Assembly: GCF_030028105.1 (NCBI RefSeq)
Contig: NC_092401.1
Location: 26,712,399-26,776,398 of the forward strand
From: Mobula birostris
Lineage: Eukaryota
Length of the DNA stretch: 64,000 bases
Direction of reading: 5' to 3'
Every line of letters starts with the position of its first letter. Positions within the stretch are counted from its first letter, which is position 1. The notes beneath the pieces are model-generated. The model made no database searches, was not told the DNA's origin, and saw only the letters and a program-made list of their open reading frames with translations. Positions 63,739 through 64,000 of the stretch are shown here, in pieces. Both the position numbers and the translations under genes were made by a program.

Positions 63739-64000
63739 GTATTGCAATCATCTCAGGGCGCCTGACATGTTCTTCTGGTTGGCAGAGGGCAAGGTGAAGG
63801 GCTTCAGTTACTGTTGAAAACTTGTTAGAGACAAAGAGCATCCCTGTTTCTTGCCCGTAAGTCTCCTGGAGCGGGTCAAGTCTCAGGACTTGACTTTATT
63901 CATTAGTGTGGAGGAAATTTCACTGAACCACCCAGAAATTCCAACTGCAAGTATGTTTTCAAGGGGATCCTAGATGTCCACCAGCGAGGGAGTACAGGGT

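Noticed and set aside
63266-63841. 191 aa minus-strand ORF
   Set aside because: It is antisense to EPOR exon 5 plus a low-complexity GA tract.

Overview
Vertebrate genomic DNA, most likely from a cartilaginous fish (ray/shark); this is inferred from the repeat landscape of V-SINE/HE1-like SINEs, CR1, Rex1/Babar and Penelope elements. Three spliced genes are present. (1) Coding exon 1 of MRI1 (minus strand, 214-345). (2) A complete 12-exon AP-1 mu subunit gene, best called AP1M2 (minus strand, 37830 to 3439; 1272 nt, 423 aa), whose intron 2 has U12 (minor spliceosome) signals. (3) Exons 1-5 of an erythropoietin receptor gene, EPOR (plus strand, 52463 to 63738, continuing past the window), with a WTTWS variant of the WSxWS motif. 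Introns and intergenic DNA are packed with nested transposon relics and two minisatellites. The most notable hidden structure is a family of more than 15 full or partial minimal type I hammerhead-ribozyme motifs (CAGTC-CTGATGA-A-GGG-loop-CCC-GAAAC-GTC-GACTG). They are carried by Penelope-like element ends, including short palindromic insertions flanked by 13-15 bp target-site duplications and a tandem array of five hammerhead cores in EPOR intron 2. Possible HDV-like ribozyme folds occur in RTE-type non-autonomous elements. Most ORFs in the supplied track are spurious or repeat-derived. Family names come from recognition of motifs, not from database searches.
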